From IMG/VR virus record IMGVR_UViG_3300017917_001996, positions 62,001 to 126,000 of that record: 64,000 nucleotides of DNA. One strand, written 5' to 3'. Numbering within the stretch: the stretch's first letter is position 1; the number at the start of each line of letters is the position of its first letter. Below, in pieces: positions 55,064 through 64,000 of this stretch. The position numbers and the translations under genes are program-made. Below the pieces are notes generated by a model. It saw only the letters and a list, made by a program, of their open reading frames with translations. It searched no databases and was not told the origin of the DNA.

Positions 55064-56829
55064 TGATTCGAATTAAGTCAGTAACTGCTAAAAACTTTTT
55101 ATCTATTGGTAATGTAACACAGAGCGTTAGCCTAGATCGCACAGACCTAACACTGATTCTAGGTGAAAACTTAGACTTAGGTGGCGACGACTCTGGTGCT
55201 CGTAACGGTACAGGCAAGAGCGCATTGCTTAACATTGTAAGCTATGCCTTGTACGGCTCAGCATTAACCAACATCAAGAAAGACAACTTGATCAATCGTA
55301 CCAACGGTAAAAACATGTTGGTTACTATTGATTTTGAAAAAGATGGTGTCGACTACAAAATTGAGCGTGGACGCAAGCCTAACGTCATGCGCTTCTTTGT
55401 CGGCGATCAAGAACAAAAAGTCGAAGACGAAAGTCAAGGCGACAGCAGAGAAACACAGGCTGCTATTGAAAAGTTAATCAACATGAGTCACACAATGTTC
55501 AAACACATTGTGGCACTTAACACTTACACAGAGCCCTTCTTAAGTTTAAAAGCTAACGAGCAACGCGAAATCATTGAACAATTGCTAGGTATTACCCTAC
55601 TCAGTGAAAAAGCAGAATCGCTTAAAGAGAGAATACGTGTAAGCAAGGACGGTATTCAACAAGAAGAATTCCGTATTCGTGCTATCATCGATGCTAACAA
55701 ACGCATCGAAGATCAGATCTCTGCACTAAAGCGCAGACAAACACTGTGGCAAACTAAACATCAAGAAGACTGTGAGCAGTTAAGTTTAGCCTACGATCAA
55801 CTTAATCAAATTGATATTGAGCAAGAGCTAGCTGCACATCGTGCCTTGACTGAATACAGCGAAAAATACAAACAAATCAAAGACTTAAACAGTTGGATTA
55901 AACGTTGTGAGCTAGACCAGCAGCGTGAACTTAAACTAATTGATCAACTTAAATCCGAAATTGCAAGTTTAGAAAATCACACCTGTCATAGTTGTGGACA
56001 AGCATTTCACGATGATAAACAAGAAAAACTATTGGCAGATAAGCGTAAACAACTACAAGAAGCTGCTTTACAAGCACTAGCTACAGATACGCAACTGCAA
56101 GAGCACACAGAGGCCCTAGCATTGTTAGGTGAGCTAGGCGCACAACCGCAGGTCTTCTACGATAAAGAAAGCGATGCTGTTGAACATCGTGCTACTTTGT
56201 CTAACTTGCAACAACAGTTAGCTACCAAGCGAGCCGAACAAGATCCTTATGCAGAACAGATCGAAGAAATGACTAAAACTGCATTGGAAGAAATTAATTA
56301 CGATCGTATCAATGAATTAACTAAACTCAAGGATCACGAAGAATTCTTACTTAAACTTTTAACCAACAAAGACAGTTTTATTCGTAAAAAGATCATTGAT
56401 CAAAACCTAAGTTACTTAAACTCAAGATTGAGTTACTATCTAGAAAAGATTGGATTACCACATCAAGTTGAATTCTTAAACGACTTGACTGTGAGTATCA
56501 CAGAATTAGGTAGAGACTTAGACTTTGATAACCTAAGCCGCGGTGAGCGCAACAGACTTATTTTAAGTTTGAGCTGGGCATTCCGCGATGTTTGGGAAAA
56601 CTTATATCAGAAAATTAATTTGTTGTTTGTTGACGAGCTTGTGGACTCTGGCCTAGATTCTAGTGGCATGGAAAGTTCATTGGCTATCCTTAAAAAGATT
56701 AGTCGCGACAGCAAGAAAAGCGTTTGGTTAGTAAGTCATAGAGACGAACTAGTTAGTCGTGTAGAAAACATATTGCGAGTTACTAAGAGCAATGGGTTTA
56801 CAACTTACGACACAGACGTAGAAAATTGA
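55063..56829 (+). CDS. gp46: Recombination ATPase subunit (Rad50/SbcC-like)
   Basis: GARNGTGKS Walker A, CHSC zinc hook, LSRGE signature, LFVDELVD Walker B, VSH. Confidence 0.92.
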   Translation: MIRIKSVTAKNFLSIGNVTQSVSLDRTDLTLILGENLDLGGDDSGARNGTGKSALLNIVSYALYGSALTNIKKDNLINRTNGKNMLVTIDFEKDGVDYKIERGRKPNVMRFFVGDQEQKVEDESQGDSRETQAAIEKLINMSHTMFKHIVALNTYTEPFLSLKANEQREIIEQLLGITLLSEKAESLKERIRVSKDGIQQEEFRIRAIIDANKRIEDQISALKRRQTLWQTKHQEDCEQLSLAYDQLNQIDIEQELAAHRALTEYSEKYKQIKDLNSWIKRCELDQQRELKLIDQLKSEIASLENHTCHSCGQAFHDDKQEKLLADKRKQLQEAALQALATDTQLQEHTEALALLGELGAQPQVFYDKESDAVEHRATLSNLQQQLATKRAEQDPYAEQIEEMTKTALEEINYDRINELTKLKDHEEFLLKLLTNKDSFIRKKIIDQNLSYLNSRLSYYLEKIGLPHQVEFLNDLTVSITELGRDLDFDNLSRGERNRLILSLSWAFRDVWENLYQKINLLFVDELVDSGLDSSGMESSLAILKKISRDSKKSVWLVSHRDELVSRVENILRVTKSNGFTTYDTDVEN

Positions 56830-56854
56830 CTCACAACAGGGACGAATATATAAT
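56826..56854 (+). promoter_or_regulatory. Sigma70-type promoter
   Basis: TTGACT-N17-TATAAT overlapping the gp46 stop codon. Confidence 0.8.
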
Positions 56855-56974
56855 ACTATAAAAATAAACATTACTAAGGTTTAACAACAAACCCACCCTG
56901 TTTTGTGAGTTTTTAAGAAATTTTATTAGGTATGTATAGAACTACTAAGTAACAAAGGATAAGTAAATTTTTCA

Positions 56975-57496
56975 ATGAGTGGATCAAAAAGTAAAACCAA
57001 AGGTAACAGCTGGGAGCGCACGATTGCTAAGTTTTTAACTGAGCAACACGGCGGTTCGTTTATACGAGCGCCTCATAGCGGAGCTTACATTGGTGGTACT
57101 AACTCCTTTAGAAAAGCTAGTTTGGATCAAAGCCAAATTAAAAGTTTTAAAGGAGACATTATTCCGCCTGAAACTTGGGTTCATTTTAATGCAGAAGCTA
57201 AAAATTATGCAGATTTCCCATTTCATCAACTTTATCAAGGTCCAGTGCCTATGCTAGAGAATTGGATTGAACAGCTACTTGATGTTGCCGACCCCGGTGA
57301 TCTCAACGTGCTGATCATGAAATTTAATCGCAAAGGCAGTTTTATAGCCACACAACCGACACCAAGTCTAACTCCAAATCCAAACCACTTTATTTACAAA
57401 TCCGAAAAATTTGGCACATGGTTAATTCAAGATTTCAAATCTTTCTGGCTCAACAATAAATCCCAAATCGAACTTTTAGCCACCAAGGCACAATAA
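56975..57496 (+). CDS. PD-(D/E)XK nuclease, Holliday-junction resolvase-like
   Basis: K.KGNSWER..A..L, GDII, AEAKN motifs. Confidence 0.7.
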   Translation: MSGSKSKTKGNSWERTIAKFLTEQHGGSFIRAPHSGAYIGGTNSFRKASLDQSQIKSFKGDIIPPETWVHFNAEAKNYADFPFHQLYQGPVPMLENWIEQLLDVADPGDLNVLIMKFNRKGSFIATQPTPSLTPNPNHFIYKSEKFGTWLIQDFKSFWLNNKSQIELLATKAQ

Positions 57497-57509
57497 CATC
57501 ATCGCTGCT

Positions 57510-57845
57510 ATGTTTGATCGAGGTACCTCGATCCCTATTGAGTGTGTGTGAAAGAACACCCGCAGACTTAGGTGCAGCACGGTAGGCACTAACGTAAGGT
57601 GCTAAATGATAGGAGCAATGTGAAAAAGATACAACTCCAGCGTATACCAGTTCGCTAACTAGGGCTGACTATACGTACCGTCGCAATCGAATCTAGAGTA
57701 GGGAGTACAGGGTGACCGCTTCCGTGTCCAAGGATAATCTCTTTTAGTTAGTGTGAGGAAAGCACTCAGATAATGTTCCCTTCACAGTTTGGCCTGTTGG
57801 GCCGAATTGTGATCTACATCTAGATAATATCGTTAAAAGAGTTAC
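57510..57845 (+). ncRNA. Candidate large structured non-coding RNA (family not recognised)
   Basis: No ORF in the track; nested helices including G-U pairs and a GUGA tetraloop consistent with the + strand. Confidence 0.5.
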
Positions 57846-57974
57846 AGTTAAAAAAACAATTAGATAGATTAAACAGATTAGCGAAGCAATCCATTGCTGA
57901 GCGATAGCGAAAGCAATAGACTAACGAAGTTAGTCTCGAAAAGAAGAGAACAAAGATAAATGAACTGCTATGAC

Positions 57975-58207
57975 TTAGAAGAAAGGCATTTTAGTTTCTT
58001 TAGTTGTTTCTAAGTTACTCTTAATGATCTCTGCGATAATCTCTCGCTCTGACCCACTCATGTCCATAATCTCTGAGTAAGTCAATCCTCCACGCATATA
58101 CCAACACATACGCAGTACTTCTTGTTTTAAGGCTTTTACATCTTTATCGTGAGCTTCTAAAAACTGCACGATCTCTGCGTCAGTTTTAAATGTTAAAAGC
58201 CTTTTGC
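57975..58207 (-). CDS. Baseplate hub assembly chaperone C-terminal part (gp51-like), probably reached by -1 frameshift from the gp26-like gene
   Basis: MCWYMRGG..Y.E...MS..ER..I motif; frame open back to the slippery site 58208-58214; only a GTG without evident SD internally. Confidence 0.6.
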
Positions 58208-59041
58208 GAAAAAATTTGCGTAATCAAAGGTTAAGTCGATGTCATAAGGAGTATGACATTCTTGGCAGCTCAGATGTAGTTGTTCGGGTTTAGCCTGTTC
58301 AACAAAACTAGAAATCTTAGCTTGCAACTGTTTGATAAAAGCAGATTCTGCATTTCGATAGAATTCATCAATATACTCTTGTTCGACTACACGAGTACCA
58401 TCACTCATTTCAATATACTCTGTGCTTTGTACGCAACTGTTAATTCCGTGTGTGTATAGTCGATTCATTGCAGCAGCTAGCTCTAAAGATTTCTTTTCTG
58501 CATCCATGTCGGCGTCGCTGAGTAAGTTTAAGATCTTTTGTTCTTCAAACTCGATCATATTAGTTTTGTTAACTGCAAAATAGTGTTGTGGTTTGAACTT
58601 AATTTTTAGATCACGATAAGCTAGTGGCTCATTATAATTTGGGCAGCTCAACTGTGCCAATGGATAACCCAAATCTACTTCGTGGGTGTTATCTTCGCCA
58701 CAGTGTGGGCATTTACTGTTAAAGCTCATGTTGTTGCCATAAGTTGCGATACGTATAGCAATCAAGATAGCATCAACATCAACGCTGGGCATTTGCCACG
58801 CATCCCGGACGTTTGGGCAACAGCTTTGAATTACATCAACAATGCCTTGTCCGTTGAGCAATGCATCGGGTGTTCTTAGTAATATTTCGTCTTTGGTACT
58901 CATTGGATATATGGGCAATTCTTGATTTGCTGGCATATCTAATGCACCGTCTACCCACCAACGGCCACCGCTAGGTAGTTTTAGATAGATAGCTGGCTGA
59001 CGAAAATGTCCAGCTAATGGGTTCGGACGCTGTAATTCCAT
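58193..59041 (-). CDS. gp26: Baseplate hub assembly chaperone, gp26-like
   Basis: NPL...FRQP..Y..LPS.G, YPM...DE....TPDALLNG, D.D..LIAIR.ATYG, CP.C and C..C motifs. Confidence 0.8.
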   Translation of the reverse strand: MELQRPNPLAGHFRQPAIYLKLPSGGRWWVDGALDMPANQELPIYPMSTKDEILLRTPDALLNGQGIVDVIQSCCPNVRDAWQMPSVDVDAILIAIRIATYGNNMSFNSKCPHCGEDNTHEVDLGYPLAQLSCPNYNEPLAYRDLKIKFKPQHYFAVNKTNMIEFEEQKILNLLSDADMDAEKKSLELAAAMNRLYTHGINSCVQSTEYIEMSDGTRVVEQEYIDEFYRNAESAFIKQLQAKISSFVEQAKPEQLHLSCQECHTPYDIDLTFDYANFFAKGF

Positions 59042-59052
59042 GATCGAATTCC

Positions 59053-59081
59053 TATAAATATAATTGAGTAAGTATATTTAT
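59053..59081. promoter_or_regulatory. Divergent pair of T4-type late promoters
   Basis: TATAAATA on + (59053-59060) and TAAATA on - (59075-59080). The same hexamer precedes many late genes: 9166, 9896, 22608(-), 31180(-), 46757(-), 47171(-), 53038(-), 61879, 63653, 63952. Confidence 0.75.
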
Positions 59082-59092
59082 CCGTAAAAAAC

Positions 59093-61855
59093 ATGGCCGA
59101 TATTGATTATGATTTATTAGCTGAAAAGCTAGCCGACGCAGTAGTTAAAGCTATGAACACATCTTCTGCGGCCAAAGACAGGGCCGCAATCTTAGACAAA
59201 GAAGACCGTGCTCGCGCTACTTCTATTGCAGAAACACTAAAATTAACCAAAGCAATCAAAGATGCAGGCAGTGCATCTTCGGCTTTTAAACGGGTACTGT
59301 TAAATCAACAAGCTAGTTATCTTGATGTAGAAAAGACTCTAGAGAAACTAGACGAAGAAATTGAAAACGATAAAGAAGCACTTAAAAAGCTAGGCGAAGC
59401 TGCCGATGGTGCAGCCGCTGCTTCTAAGCATTTTGAGCTACAGCAAAAAATACAAGATAGGGCACAACAGGCTGCTAATATAAAGTTAGCTAATTTCTAC
59501 AATGCGCTGTCTAATGCATCTTTAGGTGCAATTAAATTCTCCGATAGCATTGCAACATCTGCTTTTACAGCTGGCGGCTCGTTAGTTAAAGGATTAATGC
59601 GCGGCTCGTCAGCAGTCGAAACATCATCTGCTCTAATGAGCGCCGGCGTCGATTTGGCCAAGGACGCTGCAACAGGTGTTGCGTCAGCATTACAAGGACT
59701 TGGTACAGCCGCTTTAGTACTACCAGGTAAGTTCAAAGCCCTTGGAGTGGGCTTATTAGGATTAGGAACAGTAGTTGGATATACGTCTGATAAACTTGCA
59801 AAATTAGTCAAATTTGGTATAGACATACTTGGCGCTGAACTTGAAAAAACCATCGAAGCCTATAGGAAAACTAATCAAGCAGGTGCGTTATTTGCAGATG
59901 GCATGACAGGAATGCGTAATGCTGCTTACGAAGCCGGACTTACACTTAGCCAATTTGCTAACGTATTAACCAAAGCCAGTCCGGATTTAGCAGCAGTGGG
60001 TATGGGTGTTACCGAAGGCTCTAAGCGCATGGGCGGAGCTATTGCAGCTGGCGGCAGCGCAATGAAAAACCAATTACTAAACTTAGGATATTCGTTTGAA
60101 GAACAAGCAGGTTTAGTTGCTGAAACTATGGCCTTAATGCGCCAGTCCGGTGGACCACTAACAGCTAGTAATCAAGTTGTTGCACAAGAAACACTCAAGT
60201 ATGCAGAAAACTTACGTGTAATTAGTGCCATTACAGGTGAAGATGCAAGAAAGAAAGCTGATCAAGTACGTCAACAAGCTAACCAATTAGCCTTCCAACA
60301 AAAACTTGCAGGCATGGACGAAACACAAAGAATGGGTGTTATTAAAGCCATGCAAAACATGAGCGACCTAGAGCGTCGTAACTTCATGGACATGGTTAAC
60401 TTTGGTACTGTTATTAACAAAGAAGGTGCGGCTGCTGCGGCAATGAGTGGCGGACTTACTAATGCAGTTAACAGTTACTACCAAGCGTTTAGGTCTGGTA
60501 CTTTAGATGAACTTAGTGCAAGAAAGATTTCTGCACAAAACGCTGAACAACAGAAAAAAGATTATTTAGGACTTACTGATATTGCTACTGCACAAGCAGC
60601 CGGAATTGGTGGGCTAGCTGGCATGCTAGGTGAAATACTTGGTAGAGAACTAGAATATAGGAACAAAGCAACTGCTGAAGCTATTGCAGCCAGCGAACAA
60701 TTAGCAGCCAAACAAAAAGTAACCAACGATGGATTAACACAATCTGTTAATCAAACTGCAATTACAGTACAACAGTTGCAGATGGTCTTAGAAAAAGAAT
60801 TACTAGGATCAATATCGTTGTATGCAAACTCAGTTAAGGAAATGAATAAGTTAATCCTTACAGCGATTGAAGATCTAAGAAAATCGCAAGGTGCAGGTGG
60901 TGCTACCGCAGAAGAGCCTAGTTTGATAAAAAAGATAGGAAGAGAAGCCACAGGGTTAGCTACTGGCCTTGGGGCAGGTGCTTTAACATTATTGGGCGGC
61001 GGTGCTGCCACTATTGCAACTGGTGGTGCAGCAGCAATTCCAACAATATTAGGAACGGGTGCAGCAGCATACACAGGACGCGAGCTTGGATTAGAACTTT
61101 TTGATCGACTCGATGCATGGTTTGGTAAAAAAGAAGGTAAACGCAAAGGTGGAGTTGTCAGAGAAGGATCTAGTTCTGGCGTACTTGAAAAGCTACACCC
61201 ACCAGAGGCGGTGGTTCCTTTGCCAGATGGACGCAGCATACCTGTTACCATTAGCATGTTAAATTCTGCGTACAAAACTGATGTGCCAACACCGGATACA
61301 TCATTAGCAGATGCTTTTACTGATATAAGCGGTGCATTATCTGCAACAATTAAAGATTTGCGTTCAATGGCCGCTGATTTGTTTACCGGCGCAGCAGCAA
61401 CACTAAAATTAATCGGTGACCAACAAGCCAATGCATTACAAGATAGAACACCAAATGCTTTTGAAATGGTGCAGTTAAAAGAACTGACTGTTAGCCGTAC
61501 TATAAGCGAGTACCTAGAACCACAGCTAAATTCACTAGAGGTAAGCAAGAACATGCTAACTGAATTTAGACAAGGAATCGATACTAACCTAGCTGATCTT
61601 AAAGCAGAAGTTAAGAGATTAGCTGACGGGGCAGTTAAGCCTGCGGCACCCGAAGCGGAACCAAAGCCGCAATCAACAGCAGCAGAAGTTAACATAATTG
61701 TAGATCAACTCAGAGTCTCTAATAGAGATCTTAAAGAGACTTTGTTGGTACAAAATAAACTTCTAGAAGAAAGTGTAAAAACAATACAAGATTTATTAAG
61801 TGTATCCAGTGACACCCGAAATTACAGTCAAGCTATCGTACATAACACTCTATAA
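59093..61855 (+). CDS. Tail tape measure protein
   Basis: 920-aa Ala/Gly/Leu-rich helical protein; EKLHPPEAVVPLPDGRSIPV motif; between the hub chaperone and the portal. Confidence 0.8.
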   Translation: MADIDYDLLAEKLADAVVKAMNTSSAAKDRAAILDKEDRARATSIAETLKLTKAIKDAGSASSAFKRVLLNQQASYLDVEKTLEKLDEEIENDKEALKKLGEAADGAAAASKHFELQQKIQDRAQQAANIKLANFYNALSNASLGAIKFSDSIATSAFTAGGSLVKGLMRGSSAVETSSALMSAGVDLAKDAATGVASALQGLGTAALVLPGKFKALGVGLLGLGTVVGYTSDKLAKLVKFGIDILGAELEKTIEAYRKTNQAGALFADGMTGMRNAAYEAGLTLSQFANVLTKASPDLAAVGMGVTEGSKRMGGAIAAGGSAMKNQLLNLGYSFEEQAGLVAETMALMRQSGGPLTASNQVVAQETLKYAENLRVISAITGEDARKKADQVRQQANQLAFQQKLAGMDETQRMGVIKAMQNMSDLERRNFMDMVNFGTVINKEGAAAAAMSGGLTNAVNSYYQAFRSGTLDELSARKISAQNAEQQKKDYLGLTDIATAQAAGIGGLAGMLGEILGRELEYRNKATAEAIAASEQLAAKQKVTNDGLTQSVNQTAITVQQLQMVLEKELLGSISLYANSVKEMNKLILTAIEDLRKSQGAGGATAEEPSLIKKIGREATGLATGLGAGALTLLGGGAATIATGGAAAIPTILGTGAAAYTGRELGLELFDRLDAWFGKKEGKRKGGVVREGSSSGVLEKLHPPEAVVPLPDGRSIPVTISMLNSAYKTDVPTPDTSLADAFTDISGALSATIKDLRSMAADLFTGAAATLKLIGDQQANALQDRTPNAFEMVQLKELTVSRTISEYLEPQLNSLEVSKNMLTEFRQGIDTNLADLKAEVKRLADGAVKPAAPEAEPKPQSTAAEVNIIVDQLRVSNRDLKETLLVQNKLLEESVKTIQDLLSVSSDTRNYSQAIVHNTL

Positions 61856-61905
61856 AATTACAAGCGGGCACTGTCAAATAAATATACTTAATTAGAAAGA
61901 TCGCC

Positions 61906-63642
61906 ATGTCTTGGAAAAAATATTTTAAATCGCACAATGTAGCCAGCATAAGTCCGATTGGTTCTACGGTAATGCCGAGCCAAGCGCCTAGCTATCGCAA
62001 CTATCAAAGCTCGTTACCCGAAGTCTACATTGGGCATCCTAACCGTTTAGAGCGTTATAATCAGTACGAACAAATGGATATGGACAGCGAAGTTAACGCA
62101 GCTTTGGACATTTTAGCCGAATTTAGCAGCCAGCCCGAAGAGTCTACTGGTATGCCTTTTACTATCGATTATAAAGAAAAACCCACGGATACTGAAGTTG
62201 AGATAATCAAAGAACAGCTACAACAATGGATAACATTAAATGATCTAAAAAAGAGAATTTTCAAGATTGTGCGTAACACCCTAAAATATGGCGATCAGGT
62301 GTTTGTTCGCGATCCAGAAACATTCCAACTTTACTGGGTTGAAATGAGTAAAGTTGTTAAGATTATTGTTAACGAAGCCAAGGGCAAAGAGCCCGAGCAG
62401 TATATTGTTAAAGAAGTTGCTCCTAACTTACAGAATTTAACTGTTACGGCAGTTACTACATCTGACACCTATATGAACCATCCACAAGTTGGTGGCCCAA
62501 GCGGTGCTTATGTACAACCTAATGCACCTTTTGCTGGTGGTAGTCGCTTTACTCATGCACAAAATGAAACAGCAATTAATGCTGAACATATAGTTCATTT
62601 AAGCCTAACTGAAGGGTTAGACCTATTCTGGCCATTTGGTAATAGCGTATTAGAAAACATCTTTAAAGTATTCAAACAAAAAGAATTGCTTGAAGATGCT
62701 ATCATTATCTATCGTGTACAACGTGCTCCTGAGCGTAGAATCTTTAAGATTGATGTAGGTAACATGCCGAGTCACATGGCTATGGCTTATGTAGAACGCA
62801 TTAAAAATGAAATATGGCAACGCCGTATTCCTACACAAACAGGCGGCGGTGCTAACATGATGGATGCAACTTACAATCCGTTAAGCACCAACGAAGATTA
62901 CTTCTTTCCTGTAACAGCCGACGGACGAGGAAGTAGTGTAGACACACTACAGGGTGGAACAAATCTAGGCGAAATTACAGATTTACAATTCTTTACTAAC
63001 AAGTTATTCCGTGGTTTGCGTATTCCTAGCAGTTATTTGCCTACAGGCACAGATGATGGAACACAAGCAGTTAACGACGGGCGTGTAGGTACTGCACTTA
63101 TTCAAGAATGGCGCTTTAATCGCTATTGTATTCGTTTACAAAATATGATCTGCGGTAAACTAGACCAAGAGTTTAAGATGTTTATGCGTTGGAGAGGCAT
63201 TAACATTGATGGACAATTGTTTGAACTTAGGTTAAACGAACCGCAGAACTTTGCACAGTATCGTCAAACCGAAGTTGATGCAGCTAGAATTAGTACATAT
63301 GCACAATTAGAGCCTTTGCCTTACTTTAGTAAGCGTTTCTTAATGAAGCGTTATCTTGGTCTCAATGAGCAAGAGATGCAAGAAAACGAAGAAATGTGGC
63401 TAGAAGAGCAAGGCGAAACTAAGCCAGCAGACCAAATGGATGTTGGTCTAAGAAGCGTTGGAATTACACCTGGATCTATCAGTGGTGACCTATCGCAAGC
63501 TGAAGCATTACCAGCAGCTGGAGAAATGCCGCAGGGTGGTATGCCTGGCGAGATTGGTGCTCCAAGTGGAATGCCGGCTCCTGGTATTCAAGGTGGTGGC
63601 GCACCAGGCGGTATTCCAGCTGGCCCTACAGGCGTAATTTAA
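61906..63642 (+). CDS. gp20: Portal vertex protein
   Basis: EV..ALD..A, K.FKQ..LLEDA.IIYR..RAPERR.F.IDVGNMP, EDY.FP...GR...V.TL.GG.NLGEI.D..FF..KL..GL.IP.S motifs. Confidence 0.95.
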   Translation: MSWKKYFKSHNVASISPIGSTVMPSQAPSYRNYQSSLPEVYIGHPNRLERYNQYEQMDMDSEVNAALDILAEFSSQPEESTGMPFTIDYKEKPTDTEVEIIKEQLQQWITLNDLKKRIFKIVRNTLKYGDQVFVRDPETFQLYWVEMSKVVKIIVNEAKGKEPEQYIVKEVAPNLQNLTVTAVTTSDTYMNHPQVGGPSGAYVQPNAPFAGGSRFTHAQNETAINAEHIVHLSLTEGLDLFWPFGNSVLENIFKVFKQKELLEDAIIIYRVQRAPERRIFKIDVGNMPSHMAMAYVERIKNEIWQRRIPTQTGGGANMMDATYNPLSTNEDYFFPVTADGRGSSVDTLQGGTNLGEITDLQFFTNKLFRGLRIPSSYLPTGTDDGTQAVNDGRVGTALIQEWRFNRYCIRLQNMICGKLDQEFKMFMRWRGINIDGQLFELRLNEPQNFAQYRQTEVDAARISTYAQLEPLPYFSKRFLMKRYLGLNEQEMQENEEMWLEEQGETKPADQMDVGLRSVGITPGSISGDLSQAEALPAAGEMPQGGMPGEIGAPSGMPAPGIQGGGAPGGIPAGPTGVI

Positions 63643-63664
63643 TTGCCTTTGGTAAATACTTAAT

Positions 63665-63898
63665 ATGTTTCTTAACGAAGTTTTCCAGTCTACAGTCAAA
63701 GACCAGTACAGCACAGAAAAAGATGACAATTCTGTGCAAAAACTTTCTGACACTCGTAAGAGTAGGCTAACACTAGCTCAAATAAAACGCCTGCGTATTA
63801 TGAACGACATGCGTAAATTCGAACATCAAAAAGAGGTAGAAGGACTATCAAAACAGTATCGTCCAGCAGCACCTCCTGGCGCAATGCCAGGTCTATAA
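63665..63898 (+). CDS. Hypothetical head-module protein
   Basis: TAAATA promoter at 63653; D.RK.RLTL.QI..LR.M motif. Confidence 0.7.
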   Translation: MFLNEVFQSTVKDQYSTEKDDNSVQKLSDTRKSRLTLAQIKRLRIMNDMRKFEHQKEVEGLSKQYRPAAPPGAMPGL

Positions 63899-64000
63899 CC
63901 TCAAAATCATTCAAAAAACCACCATTTAACACATAATATTAAGATATTATGTAAATATTATTAAGCTAACACATAATTCTAAGGAGCTCCTATGAACAAA

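Noticed and set aside
57655-57765. tmRNA-like GGGCTGA (57662) and RNase P-like GAGGAAAG (57755-57762) words in the structured region
   Set aside because: No tRNA-like acceptor/T-arm ending in CCA, no tag ORF and no RNase P P4 partner found; short matches are expected by chance.
57497-57960. Group I or group II intron
   Set aside because: Not inside a gene; no convincing P7 (R/S) pairing or group II domain V seen by eye.
60751-61695. 314-aa ORF antisense to the tape measure gene
   Set aside because: Low-complexity shadow of Ala/Gly-rich codons; no recognisable domain.
1-64000. Stop-codon reassignment (alternative genetic code)
   Set aside because: Genes up to 3735 aa are intact and tightly packed under the standard code, and TAA, TGA and TAG all occur as terminators.

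Overview
This 64-kb window comes from a large T4-like (myovirus-type) tailed phage, read with the standard genetic code. No tRNA, CRISPR array, integrase or reverse transcriptase is visible. From 1 to 17.85 kb (+ strand) are accessory, nucleotide-metabolism and early genes: the end of folE, queD, queE, two free-standing homing endonucleases (HNH and GIY-YIG), a BI-1/YccA membrane protein, cupins, a MazG-like protein, a 2OG-Fe(II) oxygenase, RNase H, a GNAT/phasin-like cluster, a MoxR AAA+ with a metallopeptidase-vWA partner, and thyX. From 17.86 to 53.0 kb (- strand) is a tail-fibre/adhesin and baseplate module. From 53.1 to 57.5 kb (+) are a gp55-like late sigma factor, gp47, gp46 and a resolvase-like nuclease. 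A ~460-bp highly structured intergenic region follows, then gp26/gp51-like hub chaperones (-), the tape measure protein, the portal and the start of the head genes (+). The best leads are non-coding or recoding signals: (1) a riboswitch-like pseudoknot/anti-SD leader before queD, (2) a candidate large structured RNA at 57.5-57.85 kb, (3) a T TTT TTC -1 frameshift site joining the gp26- and gp51-like ORFs, (4) a late sigma factor gene that can only start at a non-canonical codon (ATT), and (5) two different folE 3' ends flanking an HNH endonuclease. All family assignments come from motif recognition by eye, not from database searches.
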